Below, piece by piece: positions 1 to 15,124 of a stretch of DNA of 64,000 nucleotides. The translations under genes and the position numbers were made by a program. The first letter of the stretch is position 1. Every line of letters starts with the position of its first letter. Below the pieces are notes generated by a model. The model made no database searches, had not been told where the DNA came from, and saw only the letters and a list, made by a program, of their open reading frames with translations. This DNA is from the human T2T-CHM13v2.0 reference genome, Homo sapiens. The stretch lies in NCBI RefSeq assembly GCF_009914755.1, contig NC_060928.1, one strand, 5' to 3'.

Positions 1-219
1 TGAGGTAGATAGTAGAGAAATGTCACCCAATTATTTTAATTTCTTAATTTTCTATTATTTATGCTTCTATAAAATATGTGCATATATAGATACACACATA
101 TACATATATAATTTTGAGTTGATTTTATTATTCTAATGCCAGAATTCAAAATAAATACGAAAAAAGAATTCTATTTATTTCATTGAGCTAAGAATCTATT
201 GTATATGAAAATAATTTGA

Positions 220-1005
220 GGGAGGATTTTGGCAATATGGCAGAAGAGGAAGAACCAGGAATCTGTCTCCCGAATGAGAAAACGATTGCATTGGCAGAGT
301 GGGTCTGATGATACTATTTTGGGACTCTGGAATCTATTAAAGGCATGGAACTTAAAATGAAAGGCTTAGATAGTAAATTGTGGCTAGTTTTAGTCAATTT
401 CAGTTCCTAGTACAGTAGCAACTACCTATTTTCAACTCAGTCACATGGCAGCTGTGCATATGTTTCTAGAGCAAACTCCATACAGTTGGCACACTGCAGG
501 GTGGGCAAAAGGTATCTTCTCATCCAAATATCTGGAATTTTTTTCTGTGATTACTAATTGCTACTTCTGACTCCACAAGTACAGAGAAAAGGATGGGTGG
601 ATATTGTTGCTTTACCTCCCCATGTTGTTGCAAGCCCTTTTCCTTTTGGCTGAAGTTACTTCCGGAAAATGTTAAAGCTGGAACCCTTTTCTCTGTCCCT
701 TTATTTTTTTCTCTTTCTCTTCGTGTTGCCAGACATTAAAGACTAGGACATTAAAAGGCAACTGCATATACGTGGAAGATTAGAAAGTAACTACGCTTGC
801 CCAGGAAAAGATACAGGCTCAGAAAAGACTTGAGAGGAACTTAAGTTTACATTCCAGACTGATTCTTGACACCGAGACAGAAAAACAAAACAAAACAAAA
901 CAAAAAAACAAAACAACCACCCAATAACAAACAACAGCAAATCCTGGGGAACAGAGAGTTTGATTTCCAGAGTCACCACATTATTAGATTCAAATGTTCA
1001 ATTTT
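220..1005 (+). mobile_element. Old L1M (L1MB/L1M4-type) 5'UTR region
   Basis: Ends with gatttccagagtcaccacattattagattcaaatgttcaattttc, the typical pre-ORF1 segment of old mammalian L1s. Contains an (ACAAA)n tract at about 880-915. Confidence 0.6.
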
Positions 1006-1021
1006 CTTTTTTAAAAAATAA

Positions 1022-1700
1022 TTTTACTTTACTTTAAGTTCCGGATACATGTGCAGAATGTCCAGGTTTGTTACACAGGTATACATGTGCCGTGGTGGTT
1101 TGCTGCACCTATCAACCCATCATCCGGGTTTTAAGCCCCGCATGCATTAGATATTTGTCCTAATGCTCTCCCTCCCCTTTCCCCCTACCCCGCTAACAGG
1201 CCCCGATGTGTGTTGTTCCCCTCCCTGTGTCCATATGTTCTCATTGTTCAACTCCCACTTATGAGTAAGAACATGCAGTGTTTGGTTTTCTGCTCCTGTG
1301 TTAGCTTACTGAGAATGATGGCTTCCAGTTTCATCCATGTCCCTGCAAAAGACATGATCTCATTCTTTTTTAGGCTGCATAGTATTCCATGGTGTATATG
1401 TGCCACATTTTCTTTATCCAGTCTATCATTGATGGACATTTGGGTTGGTTCCAAGTCTTTGCTATGGTAAATAGTTCTGCAATAAACATACGTGTGCATG
1501 TGTCTTTATAGTAGAATGATTTGTAATCCTTTGGGTATATACCCAGTAATGGGATTCCTGGGTCAAATGGTATTTCTGGTTCTAGATCCTTGAGGAATCA
1601 CCACACTATCTTCCACAATTGTTGAATTAATTTACAATTAATTCCCACCAACAGTGTAAAAGCATTTCTAATTCTCCACAGCCTTGCCAGCATCTATTGT
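1022..1700 (-). mobile_element. L1PA (L1PA8-like) 3' end, 5'-truncated
   Basis: Antisense L1 3'UTR (actttaagttccggatacatgtgcag...ttttaagccccgcatgcattag...). ORF 1248-1499(-) resembles the ORF2p C-terminus (SFAGTWMKLEAIILSKLTQEQKTKH). Confidence 0.92.
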
Positions 1701-2105
1701 TGGACCCTACCTAACACTATAAATATAATAATTAACACAAAATGAATAAAATTTCTTAAACTATAAAACTCTTAGAAGAAAACATAAGGTTAAACTTAAA
1801 ACTATTAAATTTGGCAATTTTTTTTTGGATATTAGACCAAAGGCACAAACAACAAAAGAAAAAAATAAATAAGACTTCATAAAAAATTTTTAAACATTGT
1901 GAATCAAAACCCAGTGTCAATGGATATAAAGGGCAACCCACAGAATGGGAGAAGATATTTGCAAATTACAAATCTGATAAGAGAATAATATTTAGAATAT
2001 ACAGAGAATTTCTAAAATTCAGCAATAATAAAAACCACCAATTCAAAAATGGGCAAAGGACATTTCTTTAAAGGAAATACAAAAATGGCCAATAAACACA
2101 CATAC
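1701..2105 (+). mobile_element. Old L1M ORF2 3' fragment
   Basis: ttggaccctacctaacac...aactataaaactcttagaagaaaacata...cacagaatgggagaagatatttgcaaat, a degenerate L1 ORF2 C-terminal region. Confidence 0.8.
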
Positions 2106-4021
2106 CCACCCTGTTGGTTCTGTTTCTCTGGAGTATATCAATTAAAAGGTACAGTTCCTGAGTATTTTATATATGCCTATGTTTCTAAGCATCTTATGCA
2201 ATGCAACCAGTGTTCATACCACTATAGAATTAAGGTAACAATAAATGTCAATGGCTCTAGAGTTGGTATTGAGTAAGTGGAGGAGAAACGGAAATTGAAA
2301 TAATCGTAACATATAAGTTTATAAGGAACACAGATGAAGACCAAGTTGCCTAAGTGTTCAGAGGAAGGGGTGAAAAGGAGCAAGAAGAATGGGGAAGAAA
2401 ATGATTATTTGAGCTCATTTTAGGCCCTGAGGACCAGTTTAGAGCTATGTTTCAAATTGTGTAGATATTTATTCAGAGCACAGTTCTATTTGAATCAAGG
2501 ACAGTGTTCTGAGACTTAAAATAAAGGTACATGTTGTTCCCTATACTTTAGACTCAATATAGAAACAATTTTTCACAGGATACATAATATGATTCTCACA
2601 AAGCTCATTAGAGAATATCTAGAAAGAGAAAACATTAGGAAAATCTAATCATAATCATATTTTTGTTTTATAATGTGTTCTTTATATAAACTTTATGTAT
2701 TGATAAATCACTACTTATATATAGTTTGGAGTTTGAATAAGTGACTACATAACATAAACTGTTTTCTTCTTTTAATGGTAAGGATAAAAATATCAGCATT
2801 AAAAAATAAATTTTTCTTGAACAATAACTGAAAAAAGGAGCATTAAAAGTTGCACAAATTAGCAGGTCTGGATTATCAGTTTGTCTTTAATATTGACTCT
2901 TAAGAACAGCAATTCACAGATAATTCTAATATAGGGATGATTAAATTACTTTGTACTTGTTATTTTCACTTGAAAAGTATAAGTAAATAAGACATTCATT
3001 GGTTATGGTGTTTCCATTACGCAACTGATTTTCAATTTGATGTGTGATTATGTGATTAATTTATTTAATCTACTGTTTTTATTGTTGTCTTAAAGTGTAT
3101 TCATAACCTACAGAGATATTCATGTATTTATCATTATGGACCATAGGTGATAATGTGTGTATCTATCGAACTTCTAAAAACATATATAAAAATCTCTATT
3201 TTTGGTCTGATATTTTTGAGAAAAGTTAAACCTCCTCCACAAAGAGAGGAAAAACAAACAAACAAAACACCCAAATACCCAGGCAATATAAGAGATGAAT
3301 ATACAAGTCAATGTGATGAATAGGAGAAGCATTTTGTCTTGGCTGAGGTTTTACTAAAGTATAATTCACACATAGATTCAAAAAGAATACCAATACCCAG
3401 TCTGGAAGCTATGAAGACGTGTAATAGTACATAGGTGTTTGCGTTATTGCCAAATACACTTTAGACTCCAAGTTTTCTGATAGTTCTGTGACTTTTAAGG
3501 TTGTCTCTGCTAAATACATGTATTAATAATACATGTAATATATATAACATATTAATATTCTCAATGCAACCATAAAAAAAGAATTTGCCTATAGCTTATA
3601 AAAAATAAAAACACTGGACTAAATAAAAACTGAGTAAAGAATCTAAAATAAAACTGTTATAAATCTTCATTGTTTCCAATATTTTTTCTAAGAAAAATAT
3701 TACCTAGTACAGGACCCTATACATAGAGCCACTCAAAAAATGTCTGCTGAATTGAGTTAAATTGGATTGGATTGAATTGAAGAAAACCACTTCTATTTTT
3801 TCTAACTTTCATTTGGATTCTATTGAAAGAACTCCTGCTGGGACTAACAGACCCTCTTTCTAACCACATATTTGCTATTTACCAATTCTTTGTCTTCTTT
3901 TAAGCTTTGACAATAAAAAAATAGAAAAAGACAGATTGTCAGTGGAATTTACTCATTGAATGAATGTACTCCATTCATTTACTCATTCTTTTATCATTAC
4001 ATTTTCAGTAAAGCACAATGA

Positions 4022-4351
<330 letters not shown>

Positions 4352-4979
4352 AATATCATGTATTTTTGAAATGATTTATCCTAAATCTTTTTTTATGATT
4401 TCGATTTGTTTCTATAATTATTGTGAAGGCAGGGTAAACGATTCCTATTAAGGCCAAATAATCGGGCCTTAATAGGAACTGCATATTGATAATTCCTGTT
4501 TGTATTAAGCACAAGGTGAGGATTCCACTCTGATTATAGGCAGGAGCTTTCCAATCATGAATGTTGTTTTTAAGAATTCTGACACTACCTTGCCACATCC
4601 TATGGCTAAAACATGAGCCTTTGACTTATCATGGGAGGGTTTGGTACTCCAAGCAACTATGTACATAACTGAGAAGACATGGCTGTTACTAGGGTGCTTC
4701 CATGTTATATTTCTATGGTATCCTCAACATATCAGTTGAGCTATCAGAAAAGCTATTACTTCTCTTACCATAAATTTAAATAATGCTGCTCCGATGTGTG
4801 TTGCTTGCCCCAATTACACTTGTTTAAAAAACATACTTTTAAAGATTTTAGTTTAGTTTGTTACTAATTTCTTAAGTATATTTATCTATATTCATAGGTG
4901 ATACTTTCATAATTAATCTTTCCAATTTTGTCATGTTTTGTATCAAGATTAAGATAGCCTAAAACAAAACAAAACAAAA

Positions 4980-6320
4980 TCTTGTAGAGTTTTTTCTGTT
5001 TCTCTTCTTTTCAATAGTTTTGAAAAATCTTTTTTGTAAAAAACAGTTTTGTACAATTTCTTTCTGATGGTTTTTGTAGATTTTACTAGGGATTTGTCTA
5101 AGTTGGAAGTTTTCTACTGCTTATAGTTTTTCAATGTAAATTTCATTACTTAATAATTATAGGGCTATTCAGATGTAACTTTTTTTTAGCAATTTCTCCA
5201 GTTTATCTAAATTTTTCAACTTATTTACATAAAGCTCATCATGATATACTTTTTTTGTCTTTAATGTGTGTCTGATTTGTAGTGATGGGCCCCCTTGCAT
5301 TCTTACTTTTTGCCATGCTTCCCTGTCTCTCATTCTAAAATTTCAGTTGCAATTATGCTAGAATTTCTCACTCTTTCTTTTAGTTTTTTATTCTCTCTTA
5401 TGGTTTTTTTGTGTACTTTTTTTCTCTTCATGCTATATTGAAGATATTTTCTTTTGACCTATGCTCCATTTCAGGAATCCTCACTTCAGATCTGTATAAT
5501 CTGTTTTGAAATCTAACCATCAAGTATATGATTCTGTAATTTCTACTTATTTTATGTTGAAATCTTCAAACATGTCTTCTATTTTCTTGAAGATATTAAG
5601 CATGTTTAGTTAAAAGTCAGTTGCTAATAACTCCAATTTCTAATACGGTTGTTGATCTGCTCCAGTTGTCTTTTTTGTCTTATATCTTGAGATTCTCAAT
5701 AACATAGTCATTCTTTATTGCATGTTTGGTCCTTTTTTTATTGTGGACTGGAAATTATATTTGAAGAAAAAAATGAAAGAATATTGTGGCAAAGATAATG
5801 TTATGTTTTTCAAATAGGATTTACAATCTAGTCCTCCATATGGGGTAGAAGTCTTTGGGAAATCCAATTCAATTTTAACCATTGAAATGATTTGAAGTTG
5901 GGTTTCTTTCCCTAGGAAAGCTGAGCTATTGCTTGTTCACTCTTACATTATGGCAATCCCTTTGGATTCCTGTTTCAAACTATGAAGAGTTGATCAGCTC
6001 CCTCCCCACCTTGGCAGATCTTAGACTTCAAGTTACTCTCCCACCCTTGCAAGAACAGCAACAATTCTGCCTACCTTATCACTGTCAGCTTCTGAATTGG
6101 CAGCGGCCCCTCAGGAGAAAAATTAAACTGCCTCAAATGTGAGCCTCACGTTTTTAGTATTATTCTCAGTTCTTGGTCCCACAATTCTTCAATGGTAAGT
6201 TAGTTGTTTGATGTCTTAAGGCACATAAACTCTCTCTCTCCCTCTATGTTTTCCTGATTTTATAGTAGTTGTTAATTAGAAGATTGGTTTGAATTTCCTT
6301 TTCTGCAATTACTGAAACTC
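4980..6320 (-). mobile_element. Highly degenerate old L1 (L1ME/L1M) fragments
   Basis: T-rich stretch with antisense L1-like motifs (gggatttgtcta, gggctattcaga, ttgacctatgctcc, ttcagatctgtataatctg). Boundaries approximate. Confidence 0.5.
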
Positions 6321-6469
6321 ACAGTCCCATATATACTTAAATACGTAGTAACCGTTCACCCTTAGGACATGGATTTATATAACATTTTGGTATTTTCAGT
6401 GTTTATATTAATGAAAAGTTGCATAAACTTAACAAGCAAAAAACCTAATTAAACAGAATAGTAGGTAAT

Positions 6470-6660
6470 AATAACTACATTTAATATTTCTTGTGCACTT
6501 ACTTGTGTCAAGCACTGTTGTAAGTTCTTTACAAAGAAATGAATTCTTTCATATTCTTACCTATCAGTTATACTGTTAATACCCTCATTATACTGATGAA
6601 AACCGTAGCCCAGAGAAGTAGAACTAGCATTTGAATTCATCGCTTTGGTTCCTAAGGTGT
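6470..6660 (-). mobile_element. MIR remnant
   Basis: gtgcacttacttgtgtcaagcactgttgtaagttctttac...ctcattatactgatgaaaaccgtagcccagagaag resembles the antisense MIR core. Confidence 0.65.
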
Positions 6661-7000
6661 CACACATTATTGGTATACTCACAATTTCTGAAACCTATTG
6701 ACATAAATACAGGTCATAGACACATATGATACACACATACGCACATGTACATATACATAGCACACACATTATTGTAGCTAAACTGTGCTACAGAGGAAGA
6801 CTAGCTAGCATTGTACAAGTTTTCCTGGATAAGATCAAAATAAGTTCCTCTAAATTATTCATTGGCAGGAAGAGTTAGCTAAACTAATAGTCAACAAATC
6901 CTAACTGTTTTCCCTTAAGTGGCACCTTCTTAAGGTTTATTCACATGGAATACTGCTCTCATCACCCTTTCTTGGCCCCGGGGCTATACTAACCTCCCTT

Positions 7001-7161
7001 AAAAATATCTGGGCATGGTGGTGTGCACCTATAGTCCTAGCTACTTTGGAGGCTGAAGTGAAAGGATAATTTGAGCCCAGGAGTTTGAGCTTACAGTGAA
7101 CTGTGATTTTGTCACTGCACTTCATCCTGGGCAACAGAGCAAGACTCTAACTTAAAAAAAA
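7001..7161 (+). mobile_element. Alu monomer (FRAM / AluJ right arm)
   Basis: ctgggcatggtggtgtgcacctatagtcctagctac...gagcccaggagtttgag...gcaagactct followed by an A tail. Confidence 0.92.
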
Positions 7162-8504
7162 TATTGCAATACCAGTCTATTTATGAAAAAATGCTATTTT
7201 TCTTTGTCTCCCATCAGAGACAAGCTGGCATTTTCAAAAGAATCATGCTAAATATATAAAGGGGACAAGGAGAAATGAATAATGTACAAGAGGCATTAAA
7301 AATCACACGGGCTTAGAAAAAACAAGTTTCTGTTCCTGTAACATTTAAGTAACTTACCAGACCAAAAGCCCTTGTTCTATTCCCCAGGAATGTTACAATC
7401 CAGCCTCAAATGGCTGGAGCCACTTTGCAGGCAATTTACCTGGCTTCAGGCCCTTCTCCCTCCCAGGTTTTCTCCATGGGGGAGAGCCATCTTATCTGCA
7501 GGGAGCTGGTCAATTGCCCAACTTGTTCTCTCCATAATAACTGCAAAAAGAAAACATTCCAAACCTGCTGCTGACCTAGGATGCTCCTACTCAGTTCTAG
7601 TTTCACTATGATTGGCAGGCCTACAGCCTTCATAAAGGGAGTCACATACATACAATAATAAGAGGATTATTCTTTACTCTTTTATAAGTAAGAGGTTGGG
7701 GGTGAGCTATATGAGGCAGTCGACTCTGAATCTATATCACAGCTTCACAGCTACAGGAGAGTGACATTTTCCAATTCACTAGCAATAACTAGGTCCCGGA
7801 GAACTGCTATAACCAAATTAATTTTATGAGAAGCTAACTTATAAGCCTTGATGGCAATTGTATAATTTTAGCAGAGAAAAATAACTATGGGATCAAAATG
7901 ACCATGCTGCCACACTGTTCTCATCATCAACACATTCAAAAATCATCACAAAAATGCAAGTTTTTTTTATCATGTCCTTGCATTTTCAGTATACACAGTT
8001 TGAAGCTTGTGACTTCCGTGCGCTGACAAAATCAATGTACTCTTAATATTCTAAGACATTCATTACATAGAATTAACAATTATAATATATGACCAGATTT
8101 AAACTATTTATATTTTCTTTCTACGAAATTAAAAACATTATGAGGTCTCCAATTGTTTTTCAGAAAAAAAGAAAAAAAAACAATTTTTTTTTTTCAATTA
8201 GCAGTATCATAGAAGTCCACTGATTTCACTATTACAAATCCATTCCAAGCTGCTGGCTGGTATGAAAGAAAGGAAAATTTGTCAATTATCCAACTAATTA
8301 TCTGAGTATATGACAGCCAAACCAAATAATCCCTGTCCCCAGTGAATATTCTCAACTGAATAGTCTAGATAACTACCATGCAGATTTAATAAAATTTTTG
8401 AGAATATAAACATTTGTGTATTTCTTTCATTAATTCATGAATGAATATGCCTTCAATTTGTTCATCTCAGGCTTCTAGAATAATGACCACAATAAAAAAA
8501 AATG

Positions 8505-8600
8505 AGAGCTAGCATTTATTGACTGCTTAATATGAACCAGGCAGTGTGTTAAGTGTTTTCTATGCATTCTCATTTAATTTTACAACAAGCCTATGAAGGC
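8505..8600 (-). mobile_element. MIR 3' remnant
   Basis: agctagcatttattgactgcttaatatgaaccaggcagtgtgttaagtgttttc...ctcatttaattttacaacaagcctatgaagg. Confidence 0.7.
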
Positions 8601-9324
8601 ACTGGCATGCATACCTGGCACAAAATGAAGCCTGCAGTTCCCAAATATCTCTTTAACTTTATCTGTGTAAACAGCTTAGCACACATATTACTCAAATAAA
8701 GTTTCTGATGTGTAATATGTGACCTCTTTTTGATTTAATGTTTTCCCTTCTCTCAAAAGCAAATGGATTTCCTTTTAGTCATCTTTTGGGCATTTTTTCT
8801 GATTCTCATATCCCTTTCTTTCCTCTGATTGCTGTCTTCAGTACAATGCGTGTCCCTATGTTGAGTGATGCTAAGAATTCATGAATTTGCCTGTGATAAT
8901 CAGAATGTTACATAAAATTTCATTCCTTTATGTGTCACGGAATTGTGATTTCTGTTACCATCTAAAAAAGGAAACAACAAATTATGTACAATAATATCTA
9001 GTTTTGATAGATTCTGCACACCAGGATAAAGGTATACAGTTATGGTAGGCAAATGGCTAGATGCTGAAGTAGTATTAAGTGTTGGCTAAAAATAAATCAC
9101 TGAGGAATACAGTTTTCCTACAAGTTAAAAGACACCTAGGCACAGAATCTCAATTTATTAAAATTAATGAGTAACAGAAGACTCTTAAATGTACAAGCAA
9201 GTTGTTAACAGAACACTTTTAGAAATGATGTAGTGGAAGTTACATGTCTACTTCAGCCTCTTCGACAGTGGTTATCTTTAAAGTGTTCCTTTAGTTTAAT
9301 GGAAAGTTATGACATATTAAAATA

Positions 9325-9450
9325 TAAACAGAGCTTGAAATAAGACAACCCTGGATTCAAGTCCTAACTAATGATTATTGGCTTTGTGACCTTGAAAAAA
9401 GTGTTTAATCTCTCTCTAAGTACAAAATTAACATAATAATGTCTATCCTC
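9325..9450 (+). mobile_element. MIR remnant
   Basis: cctggattcaagtcct...gctttgtgaccttg...tttaatctctct matches the MIR core. Confidence 0.6.
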
Positions 9451-10039
9451 TCCTTGCCATTCTTAATTAATTTCAGAGAAATCAGTTTGCTTCATGGAAA
9501 ATATTTATTTCTTCTTCCTTAGGTACTGCATTGCTAGCAATCATCTGTTAGCCACATTCTTTCTCTGCCCTGGGCAGTCACTTGAATACCAAAGACTATG
9601 AATGTTGCCATACCACATCCCAATATTTACATCATATTCTCTTGTTAATCTGTGACTGCAGCATATATTAAAGTTGTTTGAGTTGAGAAGGGATGGAGAG
9701 GTTTATAGCATTTTTCGTTCTCAAGAAATACATTCTAGAACATTGAGAAATCGAATTTGTTGTGGAATGAAAGAGTGAGTGGAAGCTTTGAAGAGAGGAA
9801 AAACATGTAAGCATTAGCAAAAGAAATATGGTTCAAATATAGGGCTACGAAGTGTCTTCATCAATAATATTAATATTCAAATCAATGAGTGCTTTTTAAA
9901 CAAATAGAACTTGGGAAGGGATTGTTTATATTATCTTCTGTGTTTGGTAAGGACAATTATTATCATTTTTAGAGAAAGACTCAAGTAATTGCTTTCTGTA
10001 TGAATTTGTATAATTTTTTGTTGCCTTTGCATCCATTTT

Positions 10040-10790
10040 GAATAAAGTTTAACTCTTTCATACCAGAAGCAGGGCTCAATCACTCTTGACACAGGTTCCA
10101 GTTTTACACCACATCCAAGCGGCTCAAGCCAGTGGACGGAAACGAGAACTCAGAGTCATCTCTCCTGCTTAGCCGACTTGACTCTCTGCTTTCCTGCTGC
10201 TTCCTGTAAGGCAAACGTTCGTATTTGCTTACAAACTTAAAGTGACCCCCACCTTATTCCCTTATATATTTCTACCTATTATGTGCTTTTCTCTCTCTCT
10301 CTCTGCATGACTCTTCATTTCTGTCTGTGTGGCCTGAGGATGAAGACAAAGGGCTGCCCTCTTGACGTGTGGTTCCCTCCTTGCCCAGGATCTGTAAGTA
10401 AAAACTTTGAACTTATTTCCTATGGTGGTGTGTATTGAATTTGCGCCTTCCATCTGAAGAACCAGGGACTACCCGAGGCAGGATTTTCTCTGGGATGCCA
10501 GGGAGACCCCAAGGTTTTACTCTCAGACCCACAACGATGTCCAGGCATAAACTGGACACTGGTGAGACAGGAGCCATGAGGCTTTTGGCCAGTATAAGCA
10601 GATTTCCTATGTGAGGAACCTCCTGATTGTGGGTTGGAAAACTTGGTATTAGGGCATTCTCCAGGTGAAAGATGTGTCCTGTGAAAGGCATATTCTAAAC
10701 ACCTATCCGGCTTCCCTTCACAATTTCCATTAGGGCAGGGCTGCTAGCTGTTCTGGTACTTGAATCCTAATTTAGCTGGAGGCTCCCAAA
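10040..10790 (+). mobile_element. ERVL-class LTR (MER54/MER73/MER74-like; family and strand tentative)
   Basis: ctttcataccagaagcagggctcaatcactcttgacacaggttccagtt is a motif I recall from this LTR group. The block is GC-richer than its surroundings. Confidence 0.55.
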
Positions 10791-11115
10791 ACACTCTTGT
10801 ACTTTTTTTAAACAAAGATTTTTAAGGATGTATTTCAAGGAAAGTATGTACAAAACAAAGTGAAGAAAGTCAACGAATCTAATGACCAGCAGAATCAACC
10901 ACGCTCCATAAACATCTAAGGAGATAGATGTACCATATGCCCAGTCAGAATTAAAATAGGAGGCCAGTGTTAACATGTCATAGAGAAAGAATGTTTTCGA
11001 GATCAAAGTAGCATGAGAGTAAATCATAAAATTAAAGTATAAGTAAGTGAGGAGGAAAACATGCACAATTTCTCCTAAAAATGAAAACAAAGAAGGCAAC
11101 CGAAATTCTGGGTAA

Positions 11116-11448
<333 letters not shown>

Positions 11449-12062
11449 CTGAAGTACAAAAATTTTATAGTCTGAATATGAAGCAAACTAATATTGTGTG
11501 ATTTAAAAACATTAGATAATGGAGACAGTATTCATCACACACTATGTATTCAATATATATCTAATTAATAGAAGAATTAATTTATAACATATTAAAGAAA
11601 AATGTATTTGACCTACACTTAAAGATCATCCTCTTTGAGTTGCACAAGGATTGCAAAATTAGAACCACAGGAAACCACGTATACCCAAATATATTATTGG
11701 TTCTGCAATAACAATATTTACATAGTAAAAACAATACTAATAATGTTCAATGTAAATATTTAAACAACAATTTACACATAGCATGGAATATAAACTTTAT
11801 CTTTAGTTATTGATGAGATTGTAAATGTGATTTGTCTTGAAAATATTATACTTTAGGCAAAGACTCAATTATTTTCCCTAGCTACTGTTTGTGTGTGTAC
11901 AAATGCATATGTAACTGGTGTTTAGAACTGGAAGCAGGGAATGTGAAAAACTGTAGGAAATAAATAGGCATGGGATTATTCAGGTTACAAAATTCTTATT
12001 GATTAATGCTCCATATTCATGAACATAAGAAATAGACCAAAGAGTAGACTATTAACATTTTA

Positions 12063-12418
<356 letters not shown>

Positions 12419-12489
12419 TCACTCTACAGTTGATGATTATTTTACCAATGAGATGTATTTATTTAAAAACATATTTAAATAAATGTAAT

Positions 12490-12860
12490 AAAATAAAGGC
12501 TAATTGTGGAAATTCTAAAACATAGAAGAATTTACAGAAAAAAATCAAAAAATCATTTTGTAAATCCATTAATCAAAGATTACTATTGGTAATCTTTGGG
12601 TGTATTTTCTGATAGTTAAACATAAAAATACATTTTGGCTTTACAAGCTTATGATTGCACTACGTATAGTTTTTTTTAACATCAAATTATCTTTCTCCTT
12701 TTCACATGTTCTGTTCTGCATTTTAATGGCAACTTAATCACATATTTGTATCAATGATTACTGTCTTAAAATTATACAAAATGTTCTCTTATATGTACCA
12801 TAACTTATTGAATTATCGACAAAATAGTATGATAGTTTGGTTTTCTATCCATGTGGAAGG
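12490..12860 (-). mobile_element. Ancient L1ME 3'-end remnant
   Basis: attgtggaaattctaaaacatagaag...aaatccattaatcaaagattactattggtaatctttgggtgtatttt resembles the antisense L1ME3/4 terminus. Confidence 0.45.
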
Positions 12861-12901
12861 TTTTCTTTTCTGTAATATGTATAATTAAAAAACAAGAACA
12901 T

Positions 12902-13245
<344 letters not shown>

Positions 13246-15124
13246 TCACGAAGAATTTCATACGGACTTTAGCTGAAATAAATTAATTTACATACTTTTT
13301 GAGTAGCTACATTGTTCTTTCAATGTATTGGATGATTAGGTGAGTAAAATTTAAATATCGTGGTGACACAGGAAACTTATGCATCACATTGACAGACAAT
13401 ACACTTCCTACATGGAAGGGGAACATATTTTTACACCAAACCATCAATGTCCTTTTTGAACACTATGACACTTATAAACACCACACGTTAGATTATACTA
13501 TGACAACTTATCAGATATTTTTTCCCTCCTGCATAAACCCTAGCCCTTGCACACAATATTATGAGTTACATAATTTGTACTTCTTGTACACAATGTCTAT
13601 CATAGTCTGAGATGCAAACGAAGTAATTAAAAAACACAGGTGGCCTCAACATGAGAGTTTTTCAATAAACAAGGAGCGGTGGTTTCACTACTGAGCTGAC
13701 AAATGCCTAGATCTTTTACCCATTCCATTATTTTCTCAAGTATTTAAGTGGCTTGAGTGTTTGGCTTTTTAAAAATGCAAAAATGGAGTAAAACTCTTTA
13801 GATATTAGAAGTATTGTTTTACAGTCAATAAAAGGTCGGGGGGGCTTTTGTACTAAACAAGTCTCATCAGGGTAGTTCATTAACACAATTAGACAAAATG
13901 CGTTCTCCAGTTTCAGCAGTCTATTCATTTTAAGGCACTTTCTGCCTTGCTCAATCAAATTTAACATGGGAGACTTTTCCTGGCTACATAATCAACATGT
14001 AAATTAAAATGCACAGGGATCTCCAAAGAAAAAGAAAGTTAATTATTTAATCGTTTTTTTTTTTTCTATGTATTGGGTTGGGGGTTTTTAATTAAAAAGA
14101 GTAAATGAATCTTTAACATATGTTTATTTCTTTTGTATAAAAATGTGACTATAATTAATAGTAAAATGACAACATGGAATGTTGAATTTATTGCCCAGTT
14201 ACAATAATGAGGCTTTATATTAATCAAAGGTTGTCATTTTAATTGGAAAACCTCATTGATAGTGATAAATAGAATTTGTAATGGTTTTTTTCATCCTTAA
14301 AGATAAACATCTATACTACTTATTTTTGAGAATATGAAATAACATATGTTTTCATAAAATATGATAGTTCTAAGTGATATTTCCTTTTATTTAAAGCAGC
14401 CATGCATTTGGCAAGTAGTTTACCTTTGTGAAAACTAAAAATATTGCTGAGGATTAAAGAGACAAATGAAGAATTCATTTGACATTTTATTAAGAAAGTT
14501 TAGGAACAGTCCATTTGGAGTTTAATGTGCCATCCATTGAAGTTTACGATGGAGTGAGCAAAAGGCATGACTATTGATTCTAGGTCTATGCACTTTCTAT
14601 CTACACAGGATTATTGTAAATGAATAAGTCCATTTCTAGCCTGATTTTTCCGACTTCCCAATGCCTTTTTTATATTCTGAAAATGTTAAAATGTTGAGTT
14701 TAGACAAATGCTAGTAATCTTTGGTTTTCATTTTTAGTTTGCATAATCCTGCATAAAACAGACCTTTTTTTTTTTTAATATAGGAAGCTCTCAGGCCACT
14801 TATTTTCCTCTTGAGTATGACTGCTTTGATTTAAGCCAGGGAAAATTTATTTCACATTGCAGTCAGTTATTTACTTAGTGATGCATTTTTGTTATTTACT
14901 CATAGAAATAATATTGTTAACTTTAGAGATGTCACCTAGTAGGTATTTTACCCAACTTTTAGGAAATAAGCACTATGCTAATGATTCAGAATGTTTTCAG
15001 AGATCCCTAGGTTTTCCTGCCATAAAAATACTCTTACATATTACTTCTCAGAAGATCAATATATGTGTTATATACATACAAATTTTATGAGAAGTTAACT
15101 TTTCTACACGCTGTATGTATTTTT

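Noticed and set aside
3511-3560. Short AT-rich palindromes (also about 20590-20610)
   Set aside because: Expected by chance at this AT content; stems are too short to imply function.
9500-9530. Isolated strong + strand splice acceptor (also about 59722 and 46519)
   Set aside because: No convincing paired donor or reading frame; such sites are frequent in T-rich DNA.
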